This document shows, one piece after another, positions 39,451 through 49,610 of a stretch of DNA of 64,000 bases. The stretch is taken from positions 3,404-67,403 of the forward strand of contig JAKSQS010000001.1 of assembly GCA_024404055.1 (NCBI GenBank), read 5' to 3'. Under the pieces are notes generated by a model. The model did no database searches. It saw only the letters and a list, made by a program, of their open reading frames with translations, and was not told where the DNA came from. Position numbers and translations under genes: made by a program. Position 1 is the first letter of the stretch. The number at the start of each line of letters is the position of its first letter. The DNA is from Clostridia bacterium. GTDB taxonomy: Bacteria > Bacillota > Clostridia > Oscillospirales > Acutalibacteraceae.

Positions 39451-40254
39451 TCAATTTTCAAAAAAATCCATAATTCTCTGCTTATAATCCGGTGCTTCGT
39501 CATATACTGCGTGTGAAAATTCTTCACCGTACATATAACATTCACAGCCTAATTTTTTCGCTGTTTCAACCGATGCCTCACCGCCGAGAACCTTGTCGCC
39601 GTATGCGCCGATAACAAGCACGGGGCACTTTATGCTGTCAAGGGAATCATATATATCAAACTCTGCCGCCGCACGGGCATAAACACAAAACAGGTCACAC
39701 TCTTCGGCAGTGCCATCGTTTTCAAACATTCTGAACGCGCCTGCATATTTTTCAAGAAAGGAAGCCGAATATATACTGTTCACAATTTCTCTGTTAAGTG
39801 AAGCAACATCATGCTTTGCCGCGTATTCAACCCATTTTTTCAATTTATCCGCACCCGCGGCAGACGCTCTCGACATACTTGACGCTATAATAAGCTTTTT
39901 AACAAGTGACGGATAATCAACGGCTATTTGCTGTGAAACCATGCCGCCGAAGGATGTACCGAAAAAATATGCTCCGTCAATTCCGAGGGACATGAGAAGC
40001 TGTGCCGTATCTTTAGCCGCGTCACGCACACTGTATCCCGCGCTTGCATTTTTTCTTCTGTCAATAACATACACCGTATAATCATCCGTAAATTCCTCAT
40101 ACGCCTTTATCACCGCCGGTGCAGACTGCATAACGCTTTTAAGGCTCAAGCCCGGGATTATCACCATTGTTTTACTGCCGTGTCCGAAGAAAAAATAATC
40201 CGTTTCAATCCCGTTACGGTTATATGTTTTAATCAATCCGTCATTATTTCTCAT
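39451..40254 (-). CDS. alpha/beta hydrolase
   Basis: 267 aa with oxyanion block FFFGHGS, nucleophile elbow FGTSFGG, and a C-terminal His block FSHAVYDE. Confidence 0.75.
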   Translation of the reverse strand: MRNNDGLIKTYNRNGIETDYFFFGHGSKTMVIIPGLSLKSVMQSAPAVIKAYEEFTDDYTVYVIDRRKNASAGYSVRDAAKDTAQLLMSLGIDGAYFFGTSFGGMVSQQIAVDYPSLVKKLIIASSMSRASAAGADKLKKWVEYAAKHDVASLNREIVNSIYSASFLEKYAGAFRMFENDGTAEECDLFCVYARAAAEFDIYDSLDSIKCPVLVIGAYGDKVLGGEASVETAKKLGCECYMYGEEFSHAVYDEAPDYKQRIMDFFEN

Positions 40255-41978
40255 TTTATAAGCTCCGTTAAAATTCTGATAAAGCTTCTGAAATAACTTA
40301 TTATGAGCGCAAACAATCCCGAGGGTGCTTCGTTTTCAAGCGAAGAAAGCTCTGCCGCCGTACCCTCAAGACTTACATTCAGGTCTGACGGAGCATATTC
40401 ATCGTTGGTTATACCCTCCAGCACGGGAATCACAGCCGCACCGATAATAATATCCGCCGCATTTCTGCCTATGAGAATTTTTTCGGCGAAGGTGCCGCTG
40501 ATTTTGTCGGTGCATACGCCTATCACATTGAAAAGCGCCTGCGCCTTGTCGCTGCGTTCACCGCCGGTGAGCAGCTTCACCACGGCATATGTAAGTCCCG
40601 TGCTTAAAACGCTTAATACAATTTGTATTTCTTTATCCGTATACTTTATATTCTCGTCACCCGCAAAGAAAGTCGCCACAACATCGGCAATTGCCTCGTT
40701 GACATATTCATAATCGCTTTCCGGCAGAGTATAGCCGCAGCTTGCCGCAAGCTCTTCAAATGAATCGTTTTTGCCGGGTGTGTTTTCATTTTCATACAAC
40801 GGTACAGTCAGTGCCGCTCCTACACATTCCGTCATAAGATAATCCGCCGCTTCATAAGCCGGTGTGCCGGTCTGTATTTTGAGCTTTCTTGCAACAAAAG
40901 CCGGAGAACAGAGATTTTTTGCTACCCAATACTGTATTCCGGCACTTAAAAACCCTTCTTTATATTCATTGAAATTATTTACAACAAGCTCTCTCTGTAC
41001 ATCGGAAATCCCATACGGCAGATAATTTTCATCAAGGCCGTCAAGATACCTCATTTCAATATCAACGCTTTGCTCACTGAAGCTTACGGCGCGGTATGAA
41101 CACGGAGAGGTGATGAGTGAACCTGTCATAATATCATAAATTCTGTTGCCCTTCTTTGTGGTTAAAGCCGAAATATCGTTCGCGTGGATATGTCCGGTAA
41201 AAACATATCTTACGCCCATATCGGCAAGTGCCTTGCCCGCTCCGCCGGAGCATTTTACAGTGCTTTGCACATTAAAATGCTTTACAACACTGTGATGACA
41301 CATCACAACAGGATATTTTCCGTCTGCCTTTGCGGAGCTTATCTGCGCCTTTATCCATTCCATATCGGAGGATGTTATTTCGCCGTTATCCTCGCCGTAA
41401 ATACAGGTATCAACAGCAATAAGACGGTAATTTTCGTTCAGGTCGGCAGCATATGAACAGGAGCTTTCATCAACCGCAACGGCATCCGAATAGCCGAACG
41501 CACTGTAACACTGCTTAAATTCATCCGCAGTAGTGAATTTTCCCTCGTCATCATCAATATCGTGGTTGCCGTTTATAACATAAATTTTCTTGTTCAGTCC
41601 CCTGCTTTGCGCTTCATCAAGGGTCTGCTGCATCATATCTCTCACGCAGCTATGGTCAACAGGCTTCGCGCTTGAAGTAAGATCGCCTGCGATAAGCAGA
41701 ATTTCCTCATCACTTTCAAGAAATTCATTGAAAAAACGGCGATTTATCCCCTCAGACACATTTGACATCTGACCCTGTATCGTTGCGTCAAAATACGGGT
41801 CGGTCTCGCTGTATCCGTCCGTCTGCGACAAATCGCCGATAAGCTCTGTGCTCTTGACATGAATATCAGTCGCAATAAGAACCTTAAGCGGTGAATCGGC
41901 AGCAAGACTCACGGGACAGCAACATAAAATAAGCAAAACCGAAAGAATTACAGCGATAAAGTTTCTGGATTTTTTCAT
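40251..41978 (-). CDS. secreted calcineurin-like metallophosphoesterase with a ~270-aa C-terminal extension
   Basis: Signal peptide. Phosphoesterase motifs in order: ATDIHV, AGDLTS, GNHD, CHHS, GHIHAN. ATGA overlap with the downstream gene. Confidence 0.8.
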   Translation of the reverse strand: MKKSRNFIAVILSVLLILCCCPVSLAADSPLKVLIATDIHVKSTELIGDLSQTDGYSETDPYFDATIQGQMSNVSEGINRRFFNEFLESDEEILLIAGDLTSSAKPVDHSCVRDMMQQTLDEAQSRGLNKKIYVINGNHDIDDDEGKFTTADEFKQCYSAFGYSDAVAVDESSCSYAADLNENYRLIAVDTCIYGEDNGEITSSDMEWIKAQISSAKADGKYPVVMCHHSVVKHFNVQSTVKCSGGAGKALADMGVRYVFTGHIHANDISALTTKKGNRIYDIMTGSLITSPCSYRAVSFSEQSVDIEMRYLDGLDENYLPYGISDVQRELVVNNFNEYKEGFLSAGIQYWVAKNLCSPAFVARKLKIQTGTPAYEAADYLMTECVGAALTVPLYENENTPGKNDSFEELAASCGYTLPESDYEYVNEAIADVVATFFAGDENIKYTDKEIQIVLSVLSTGLTYAVVKLLTGGERSDKAQALFNVIGVCTDKISGTFAEKILIGRNAADIIIGAAVIPVLEGITNDEYAPSDLNVSLEGTAAELSSLENEAPSGLFALIISYFRSFIRILTELIK

Positions 41979-42007
41979 AACAAATACCTCTTTTTCAGTA
42001 TTGCTTT

Positions 42008-42036
42008 ATTATAACATTGCCGGTTCCTTTTTTCAA
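42008..42036 (-). promoter_or_regulatory. promoter of the metallophosphoesterase array: TTGAAA, 17 nt spacer, TATAAT
   Basis: The minus strand reads aaTTGAAAaaaggaaccggcaatgtTATAATaaa, about 30 nt upstream of the 41978 ATG. Confidence 0.6.
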
Positions 42037-42069
42037 TTAAAAATAATAAAAAAAACGCCGCAAAATAAT

Positions 42070-42099
42070 AAAAAAAACGCCGCAGTTATTACCGCGACG
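42070..42099 (-). terminator. rho-independent terminator of the 5S rRNA gene
   Basis: The minus-strand RNA reads CGTCGCGG uaauaa CUGCGGCG followed by U8. The stem has two G-U pairs. Confidence 0.65.
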
Positions 42100-42107
42100 A
42101 ATATTAT

Positions 42108-42223
<116 letters not shown>

Positions 42224-42259
42224 TGTGAGCGTTTGTCGCGCTCACCAAACACCTTGCAT

Positions 42260-42288
42260 ATATTACCACGGCTTTTTCGCTTTGTCAA
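42260..42288 (-). promoter_or_regulatory. dedicated 5S promoter: TTGACA, 17 nt spacer, TAATAT, with an A/T-rich UP-like region
   Basis: The minus strand reads aaaaatttcaaaaaaggcTTGACAaagcgaaaaagccgtggTAATATatgc. A leader hairpin GTGAGCG..CGCTCAC (42225-42245) lies just 5' of the mature 5S. Confidence 0.7.
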
Positions 42289-42351
42289 GCCTTTTTTGAA
42301 ATTTTTTTAAAAATTTTTTTGCGTTCATTTCTCTTTAATGAAACGGTGCTA

Positions 42352-43107
42352 TCATATGTCTATATCCAGCTCCACCGGGCAATGGTCGGAGCCGAATATA
42401 TCGGAGTGAATAACGGCTTCGCTGATTTTTTCCTTTATCCTGTCCGAAACGCAGAAATAGTCAATGCGCCAGCCCGTGTTTCTCTCTCTGGCTTTAAAGC
42501 GGTAGCTCCACCATGAGTAAGCCTCCTGCCTGTCGGGATAAAGATAACGGAAAGAATCTGTAAAGCCGCTTGCAAGCAGAGCTGAAAATTTTCCCCTTTC
42601 CTCATCGGAAAAGCCGGCGTTTCCCCTGTTTGTCTTCGGATTTTTCAGGTCGATTTCATTATGCGCCACATTCAGGTCGCCGCAGAAAATAACCGGCTTT
42701 GTTTCATCAAGTCTGCCGAGATACTCTCTGAAAGCGTCCTCCCATTCCATTCGGTAATCAATCCTTTTCAGTCCGTCCTGCGCGTTCGGAGTATAGCAGC
42801 ACACAAAATAAAAGCATTCGTATTCAAGCGTAATCAGCCTGCCCTCTGTATCGTGCTCCGGTATACCCATACCGTAAAAAACACTAATCGGCTCTTTTTT
42901 TGCAAATACCGCCGTGCCTGAATATCCCTTTTTTTCGGCATAATTCCAGTAACCTGTGTAGCCATCCGGCAGAAAATCCGTTTGTCCCTGCTGTACCTTT
43001 GTTTCCTGAAGGCAGAAAATATCCGCATCAAGCGTCTTTATAACATCCTCCAGCCCCTTGGAAAGACAGGCGCGTATTCCGTTTACATTCCATGAAACAA
43101 ATTTCAT
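42352..43107 (-). CDS. xth: exodeoxyribonuclease III
   Basis: 251 aa starting [13 protein letters not shown], with LQETK, GDLNVAH and a C-terminal SDHCPV. These are the classic ExoIII/APE1 motifs. Confidence 0.92.
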   Translation of the reverse strand: MKFVSWNVNGIRACLSKGLEDVIKTLDADIFCLQETKVQQGQTDFLPDGYTGYWNYAEKKGYSGTAVFAKKEPISVFYGMGIPEHDTEGRLITLEYECFYFVCCYTPNAQDGLKRIDYRMEWEDAFREYLGRLDETKPVIFCGDLNVAHNEIDLKNPKTNRGNAGFSDEERGKFSALLASGFTDSFRYLYPDRQEAYSWWSYRFKARERNTGWRIDYFCVSDRIKEKISEAVIHSDIFGSDHCPVELDIDI

Positions 43108-43299
43108 TATATTAACCTCCGTTTCCGAATTCTGTTCAAAAAATGTTAATAATGTGTTAACAGCGTGTTATTATATAATATGTTTTTTTAAGATATTATA
43201 TAGTTTAGCATATTGCGGCTGTTTTTTCAAGACACCGTTTTCATAAGTCTAAATTCTGAAAGGAAAAACGCTTCTTTACCGAAGCGTCGGGTAAAAAAC

Positions 43300-46200
43300 A
43301 TGAATAAAAAAATTATTTCGGCATTTATGGCGGTGCTTATGTGCGCATCCGTTGTTTTTTCGGTGCCGTTTTATTCTTTTGCCGAACAAATAAAAGCAGA
43401 TGCTCTTTCCGCTGCGCTGGAAGCCGTACCCGATGTGAGCACATGGGGGCAGTATATTGATACCTCCGCGCTTGAAAAAGCCGTAAAGGAGGCAGACCGC
43501 TGTCTGGCAGATACATCGGGTGAGATTACGCAGCAGGAAATAGACAATGCCGTTAATGCAATCAACAATGCAGTCGCCGCACTTGAAAAGCATACGACCG
43601 GAATAACCCTCAACCCCACTTCTTTAAATATTGCGACAGGCGAAACCGATGTCATAAAGACCGTTCTCACCCCGGCAGACGGTGCTGACACGGTCAAGTG
43701 GAGCGTTTCCTCGCCCGCCGTTAAAATAGTCGACCAATCAAACTATGGCTGTCAGCTTAAGGCGGAGTCGTATAGTGCCTCACCCGTCACGGTAACGGCA
43801 AGCTGCAACGGCAAAACCGTCTCATGCAAAATAAATATACTTAATCCTGCAAAAACCGCTGTTGTTACCGTATCGCCGACATCCGCATACAGAACAAAAA
43901 CGGCACAGGCAGCCGCCAAGGCGTACGGTGCTGACGGGAATCTCTCCACGGACAGCATTTCATGGCAGTGGACAAGCAGTGACCCCGCCGTTGCAGATAT
44001 AACCTCCGTAACAGGTGTTATTACCTGTAAAAAAACCGGGCACTGCACAATTACCGCAACGGGTATTTTCAACGGCGGCACTGTTAAGGGCAGCACTGAA
44101 TTTTATGTAAATGATTTTACACCAATCAAATCTCTCACTCCTGTCAACACGCTGATTTCAAAAACAATGACCATGGTGGAAGGCACCTCGCTTTCATATG
44201 AGGTACGCATTTCCGACGGCGCAACAATAAAGGAGCTTGCATGGGGCACAACAAATAAGTCCGTTCTTACAGTAAGCAATCCGAAGGTGAACGGCTATGT
44301 CGCAAGCGCAACAATAAAGGCGGTCAAAAGCGGAAAAGCCACACTTACAATAAAAGCAACCGACGGAAGCGATATAACCAGAAACATTTCCGTAACGGTT
44401 CTGCCGAAGGTAAGCTCAATAAAGCTTGATGCATCTGTGCTTGTGCTTAATCCCGGGCAGACCAAAAAGCTTTCCGCGACAATATCACCTTCAAACGCCG
44501 GCAATCAGAACATCAACTGGTCAAGCTCGGACAAATCGGTGTGCTCGGTAGATTATAAGGGAAATCTTACCGCAAAAGCAGTCGGTGTATGCAACATATT
44601 TGCCCAGGCTGCGGACGGCTCCGGCAAAAAAGCAATATGCTGCGTAAGGGTAGCTGATCCTTCCGCGCAGATAATTATTTCAAAAAAATCCGTTTCAATG
44701 AAGACGGGCAGCACGGTTTCCGTCACGGCAACCGTAAAAACGGTAACCGGCAAAAGCTATGCCACCACAAATGAGGTAAACTGGAAAAGCTCGAAAACGG
44801 CAGTCGCCTCCGTTTCATCCTCCGGCAAAATCACCGCGAAAGCGGCAGGCACGGCAACGATCACTGCTTATGCAAAGGATAACGCTGATATAAAAACAAC
44901 CTGCAAGGTCACGGTTGTAACACCCGTCACGGGGTTGAAGCTCAATTACACTTCTTTTAAAATCGGTGTCGGCAGCGCAAAAACCGTTACTCCCGCGGTT
45001 CTGCCGGAAAACGCCTCCGACAGGTCGGTTACATGGACAAGCTCAAATAAAGCGGTTGCCACTGTATCATCAACAGGCACGGTCGCCGGCGTAAAGCCCG
45101 GCACCGCAACCGTAATCTGTAAAACCACAGACGGCGGTTTCACGGCAAAATGCACAGTCACGGTAATCAGTCCCGTCACATCCGTAAAGCTTTCATCCAC
45201 CTCGCTCAAAATATATACCGGCAGCTCAAAAACCATCACGGCAACCGTCTCACCCTCAACCGCAACGGATAAAAGTGTTACCTTTAAATCCTCTGATACA
45301 AAGATTGCCACCGTTTCGTCAACCGGCACGGTAAAGGGCATAAAAGCAGGCAGTGCCGTTATAACCGTTAAATCGGCAGACGGAAAATGCTCTGCGCAAT
45401 GTGCCGTAACAGTGCAGCAAAGGGTTACCGGCATAAATCTTGACGCGACAAAGGTCTGCTATATCGGTCAGGTATGCTCCCTGAACGCAACGGTTACTCC
45501 TGCCGACGCAAGCAACAAAAAGCTTATCTATGCAAGCTCAAACACATCGGTTGCCACAGTCACTGAAACCGGCTTTGTTACGGCAAAGAAAAAAGGCAGT
45601 ACTGCCGTCACTGTAAAAAGTGCGGACGGCGGTTACACAGCCACCTGCTTAATTACCGTAACACCAAAGGTCAGTGCAACCGGTTTCAAATTCAGTGTCA
45701 GTCAGAAATCACTTAAAACCGGTGAAAAATACACCTTAAAGCCCCTCTTCTCACCCTCTGATACCAGCGAAAAGGGCGTATCGTATAAATCGGATAATCC
45801 GGCTGTTGCCACAGTGAGCTCCGCGGGAAAAATCACAGCCAAAGGACCCGGCACCTGCACCGTTACGGGTATATCGGCAGACGGCGGCTTTGTTGCAAAA
45901 TGCAAGATTACCGTAACACAGCCTGTCACCGGCGTAAGCTTTCCTCTTTCCTCTTACAGGGTTGCCGCAGACAAATCAATTTCTCTCAAGCCCAATGTTC
46001 TTCCGGCAAATGCGTCAAACAAGTCCCTGAAATGGAAATCAAGCAATAAGGAAATCGCCACAGTAAGCTCCAAGGGCACTGTAAAAGGTATCAAAACCGG
46101 CACCTGCCAAATCACCTGTACCACGGCAGACGGCGGCTTTACCGCAACCTGCACCGTTGAGATTTACAAAGAAGTCACCGCAGTAAAGCTCACAAAAACC

Positions 46201-48642
46201 AAGGTGAGCCTTGCCACCGGCAAACAGATAGTGCTTGTTGCAAAATTCACCCCGGCAGACGCAACGAACAAAACGCTTACATGGAAAACCTCAAATTCCT
46301 CCGTTGCCTCGGTCAGTGCATCGGGCAAGGTCAGGGGTGTAAGCGCAGGCACGGCGGTTATCACCTGCAAAACAGCAGACGGCGGCTACACCGCGAAATG
46401 CACCGTCTCCGTTTTCCGTCCCTCGACCGGCGTAACACTCAATTATGCGTCAGTCAGGCTCGATGCCGGAAAAGAAAAAACGCTGAAAGCAACGGTTACG
46501 CCGCAAAACGCAACCTATAAAACCGTTAAATGGAATTCCTCCGACCCGACGGTAGTTTCCGTTGACAAAAACGGAAAGCTTACCGCGCTAAAATCCGGCA
46601 CATCAAGAATTTCCGCAGTCAGCAAGGACGGATATAGCTCGGGCTACTGCTCGGTAACAGTGGTTCAGCCGCCGAAAAAGGTTACCGTAAAGGCTTCAAC
46701 TACAAAGCTCGATTTAGGCTGCGCGACACAGCTCAAGGCAACCGTTTCTCCCTCCGACTCATACAGCAAGGATGTTGTATGGACATCCTCAGACACCGAA
46801 AAAGCAACTGTCAGTGCCTCAGGCGTTGACACGGCTAAAAATGCAGGCAAGGTTACCATAACCTGTACAACAGTTGCCGGAGCCAAAAAAGCGGAAACGG
46901 AAATACTCTGTAAAATTCCGCCGGAAGCAATAAAGCTCAATAAAACATCCGCCACACTTCTGCTTAACAAGAGCACAACGCTTAAAGCCTCGTTCACACC
47001 TGCCGATACAACAATAAAAACCGTTAAATGGTCTTCAAGCAACCCGTCTGTCGTAAAGGTCAGCTCCGGCGGCAAGGTAACGGCGGTTGCCATAGGTTCT
47101 GCCACAATCACCGCCAAATCCTCAGACGGCGGACTGAAAGCCACCTGCTTCATCACGGTTCCGAGAAGAGCCACCGGCATCAGGCTGAACAAAACGAGCG
47201 CAAATGTTGACCTGAACGGAAAATACACATTGAAAGCGACCGTGCTTCCTGCCGACGCAACCTATGACGATGTAACATGGTCAAGCTCAAACAGGAGCAT
47301 AGCGACCGTCAGCTCCGAGGGCGTTGTCACAGGAAAAGCACTCGGGAAAGCCATAATCACCGCAACAAGCGTGGACGGCGGATTTAAAAAGAGCTGCGCC
47401 GTTACGGTCATTATTCCTCCGTCATCAGTTAAAATTTCCAAAACCTCCGCAACGGTAAATGTCGGCGGAAGTCTGACGCTTAAGGCGACCGTGCTTCCGT
47501 CAAACGCGGCAAATAAAACAGTAACATGGAAATCCTCCGATACATCCGTGGCAACCGTCACAAACGGCAAAGTGATAACAAAAAAATCCGGCACAGTCAC
47601 AATCTATGCCGTTTCCTCCAAAAGCACGGTAAAGGCAGCCTGCAAAATAAAGGTTATTGTGCCGGTTACGGGCATTAAGCTCAACAAAACCGCCGCATCG
47701 GTTTACACCGGCTCCACACTGACGCTGACCTCTTCCGTCAGTCCCTCAAACGCATCCGTTAAAACCGTTAAATGGAGCTCATCCGATAAGTCCGTTGCTA
47801 CGGTTACATCAGCAGGTGTTGTAAAAGGAATATCAGCAGGAACAGCCGTCATAACCTGTAAAACCGACAGCGGAGCCAAAACCGCCGCCTGCACTGTAAC
47901 AGTCAAAAAAGCTGTTTCGGGCGTATCTCTCAACATCACCTCAAAAACCGCAGACGCGGGCACGGCATTTGCGCTCAAAGCATCCGTTCTCCCCGCAGAC
48001 GCAACAAATAAAGCCGTAACTTGGTCTTCGTCAAACAGCGCGGTTGCAAAAGTCAGCTCCTCAGGCGTTGTAACCCTGCTTTCGGCAGGTACAGCTAAAA
48101 TAACCGTTAAAACAGCGGATAAGAGCAAAACCGCCGTCTGTACCGTAACTGTTAAACAGCCCGTGAAGGAAATTTTGCTCAAAGGCAGTATACGCACCGC
48201 ATATAACTCCGAATTTAAGCTGACGGCAACCGTAAAGCCGTCAAACGCAACAGACAAAACACTGAAATGGTCTTCCTCAGACAAAAGCATACTTACCGTT
48301 GACCAAAACGGAAATGTGAAGGTTACAGGCACGGGAACGGCACAGATCAAATGCACTGATTCAACGGGAAAGATAAGTGCGGTATGCACGGTCACCGCTG
48401 ATGAGATAATTTCGCTCAATCAGACTGCCGTCACCCTCGGTATAGGCGAAAAATTCAGCCTTTCAGCCGAGGTGCTTCCGTTGACAAATGTACAGGAGGT
48501 TACATTTGAATCTAAGAACACGGACATAGCCACGGTTTCCGAATATGGCGAAATAATTGCCTGCAACCCCGGTCAGGCAGTCATAATTGTACAAAGTAAA
48601 AATTCCGGCGCGACTGCAACCTGCGTTATAACAGTAGAATAA
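43300..48642 (+). CDS. giant secreted protein: signal peptide, helical N-terminal module, then 20 tandem Big_2 (bacterial Ig-like group 2) domains
   Basis: The start is trimmed to MNKKIISAFMAVLMCASVVFSVPFYSFA. I counted 20 repeats of the ~85-aa pattern ..VTWxSSNxxVATVSSxGxVxGxxxGTAxIT..DGGxTAxCxVTV. No LPXTG, SLH, dockerin or catalytic domain recognised. Confidence 0.85.
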   Translation: MNKKIISAFMAVLMCASVVFSVPFYSFAEQIKADALSAALEAVPDVSTWGQYIDTSALEKAVKEADRCLADTSGEITQQEIDNAVNAINNAVAALEKHTTGITLNPTSLNIATGETDVIKTVLTPADGADTVKWSVSSPAVKIVDQSNYGCQLKAESYSASPVTVTASCNGKTVSCKINILNPAKTAVVTVSPTSAYRTKTAQAAAKAYGADGNLSTDSISWQWTSSDPAVADITSVTGVITCKKTGHCTITATGIFNGGTVKGSTEFYVNDFTPIKSLTPVNTLISKTMTMVEGTSLSYEVRISDGATIKELAWGTTNKSVLTVSNPKVNGYVASATIKAVKSGKATLTIKATDGSDITRNISVTVLPKVSSIKLDASVLVLNPGQTKKLSATISPSNAGNQNINWSSSDKSVCSVDYKGNLTAKAVGVCNIFAQAADGSGKKAICCVRVADPSAQIIISKKSVSMKTGSTVSVTATVKTVTGKSYATTNEVNWKSSKTAVASVSSSGKITAKAAGTATITAYAKDNADIKTTCKVTVVTPVTGLKLNYTSFKIGVGSAKTVTPAVLPENASDRSVTWTSSNKAVATVSSTGTVAGVKPGTATVICKTTDGGFTAKCTVTVISPVTSVKLSSTSLKIYTGSSKTITATVSPSTATDKSVTFKSSDTKIATVSSTGTVKGIKAGSAVITVKSADGKCSAQCAVTVQQRVTGINLDATKVCYIGQVCSLNATVTPADASNKKLIYASSNTSVATVTETGFVTAKKKGSTAVTVKSADGGYTATCLITVTPKVSATGFKFSVSQKSLKTGEKYTLKPLFSPSDTSEKGVSYKSDNPAVATVSSAGKITAKGPGTCTVTGISADGGFVAKCKITVTQPVTGVSFPLSSYRVAADKSISLKPNVLPANASNKSLKWKSSNKEIATVSSKGTVKGIKTGTCQITCTTADGGFTATCTVEIYKEVTAVKLTKTKVSLATGKQIVLVAKFTPADATNKTLTWKTSNSSVASVSASGKVRGVSAGTAVITCKTADGGYTAKCTVSVFRPSTGVTLNYASVRLDAGKEKTLKATVTPQNATYKTVKWNSSDPTVVSVDKNGKLTALKSGTSRISAVSKDGYSSGYCSVTVVQPPKKVTVKASTTKLDLGCATQLKATVSPSDSYSKDVVWTSSDTEKATVSASGVDTAKNAGKVTITCTTVAGAKKAETEILCKIPPEAIKLNKTSATLLLNKSTTLKASFTPADTTIKTVKWSSSNPSVVKVSSGGKVTAVAIGSATITAKSSDGGLKATCFITVPRRATGIRLNKTSANVDLNGKYTLKATVLPADATYDDVTWSSSNRSIATVSSEGVVTGKALGKAIITATSVDGGFKKSCAVTVIIPPSSVKISKTSATVNVGGSLTLKATVLPSNAANKTVTWKSSDTSVATVTNGKVITKKSGTVTIYAVSSKSTVKAACKIKVIVPVTGIKLNKTAASVYTGSTLTLTSSVSPSNASVKTVKWSSSDKSVATVTSAGVVKGISAGTAVITCKTDSGAKTAACTVTVKKAVSGVSLNITSKTADAGTAFALKASVLPADATNKAVTWSSSNSAVAKVSSSGVVTLLSAGTAKITVKTADKSKTAVCTVTVKQPVKEILLKGSIRTAYNSEFKLTATVKPSNATDKTLKWSSSDKSILTVDQNGNVKVTGTGTAQIKCTDSTGKISAVCTVTADEIISLNQTAVTLGIGEKFSLSAEVLPLTNVQEVTFESKNTDIATVSEYGEIIACNPGQAVIIVQSKNSGATATCVITVE

Positions 48643-48664
48643 AATTGACATTATTTTTCCCAAA

Positions 48665-48705
48665 AAACCGAGCGGATTTGTGAAAACCACATTTCCGCTC
48701 GGTTT
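48665..48705 (+). terminator. rho-independent terminator
   Basis: AAACCGAGCGGA (48665-48676) pairs with TCCGCTCGGTTT (48694-48705), followed by ATTT. Confidence 0.7.
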
Positions 48706-48835
48706 ATTTGCCGTAACATAATAACCTGATATTGCTTCACGCTTAAAAAATTTTAATTATTGTCATTTTATATATGGATTTTTATTTTAATGTATGATAT
48801 AATCGGTTGAATAATGTGACAGTGGGGGATTTTGC

Positions 48836-49588
48836 GTGGAAAGCGTAAAGAAACATGAAGATAACGAGCTGATAACCGGCAGAAACGCGGTTATCGAAGC
48901 ACTGCGTTCCGGCAGAACAATAGATACTCTGCTTGTGGCAAGGGGCGAGCGCACGGGCTCCGTAAACAGTATAATCGCTGCTTGTAAAGAAAAAAATGTG
49001 GTTATCAAGCAGGTGGATATAAAAAAACTTGATTTTCTCTGCGGCAGGGACAATCATCAGGGTGTCGCGGCATATGCCGCAGCCCGTGAATATGCAAGTG
49101 TTGATGATATATTTTCCCGGGCGGAAGAAAAAAATGAGCCTCCGTTCATCATTATTTGTGATGAAATTGAAGACCCTCATAATTTAGGTGCAATAATCCG
49201 TACCGCTGATGCAGCGGGAGCTCACGGAATCATCATCCCGGAGCGCAGAAGCGCGTCACTGAGCTTTTCCGTTGCCAAAACAAGCGCGGGTGCAGTGGAA
49301 TATATGCCCGTCGCCCGTGTGGGCAATCTCGCCTCAACCATAGAGGAACTGAAAAAAAGAGGCGTATGGATATACGGCGCAGACATGGACGGGGAAAACT
49401 GCTTCACAACCGAATTTGACGGCTCCGTGGCACTGGTAGTCGGCAGTGAAGGGCACGGAATAGGCAGACTGATAAAAGAAAAATGCGATTTTATCGTTTC
49501 CCTTCCCATGAAGGGGCATATAAATTCCCTTAACGCCTCTGTTGCGGCAGGAATAGTGATGTATGAAATATCACGGCAGAGAACCTGA
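48836..49588 (+). CDS. rlmB: 23S rRNA (guanosine-2'-O)-methyltransferase, RlmB/TrmH group 3
   Basis: N-terminal substrate-binding domain (ITGRNAVIEAL..) and SpoU motifs DEIEDPHNLGAIIRTA, VVGSEGHGI and SLNASVAAGI. GTG start after GGGGGA, with an extended -10 TGATATAAT at 48795-48803. Confidence 0.85.
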   Translation: MESVKKHEDNELITGRNAVIEALRSGRTIDTLLVARGERTGSVNSIIAACKEKNVVIKQVDIKKLDFLCGRDNHQGVAAYAAAREYASVDDIFSRAEEKNEPPFIIICDEIEDPHNLGAIIRTADAAGAHGIIIPERRSASLSFSVAKTSAGAVEYMPVARVGNLASTIEELKKRGVWIYGADMDGENCFTTEFDGSVALVVGSEGHGIGRLIKEKCDFIVSLPMKGHINSLNASVAAGIVMYEISRQRT

Positions 49589-49610
49589 AAAACGAAAGGA
49601 AATACAAGCT

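Noticed and set aside
39438-39545. Upstream extension of the CHAP gene to 39545, overlapping the alpha/beta hydrolase gene
   Set aside because: The internal ATG at 39437 gives a textbook signal peptide (MKNKNRLSELLLFIFF..) and removes a 95-nt overlap.
43276-48690. Many long antisense ORFs (up to 238 aa) on the minus strand inside the Big_2 gene
   Set aside because: They lie entirely inside a 5.3-kb ORF with clear domain periodicity. Their translations are low-complexity (V/T/A/S-rich mirror images of the repeats), and they lack RBS or start context. They are a compositional artefact of the repetitive GC-rich third positions.
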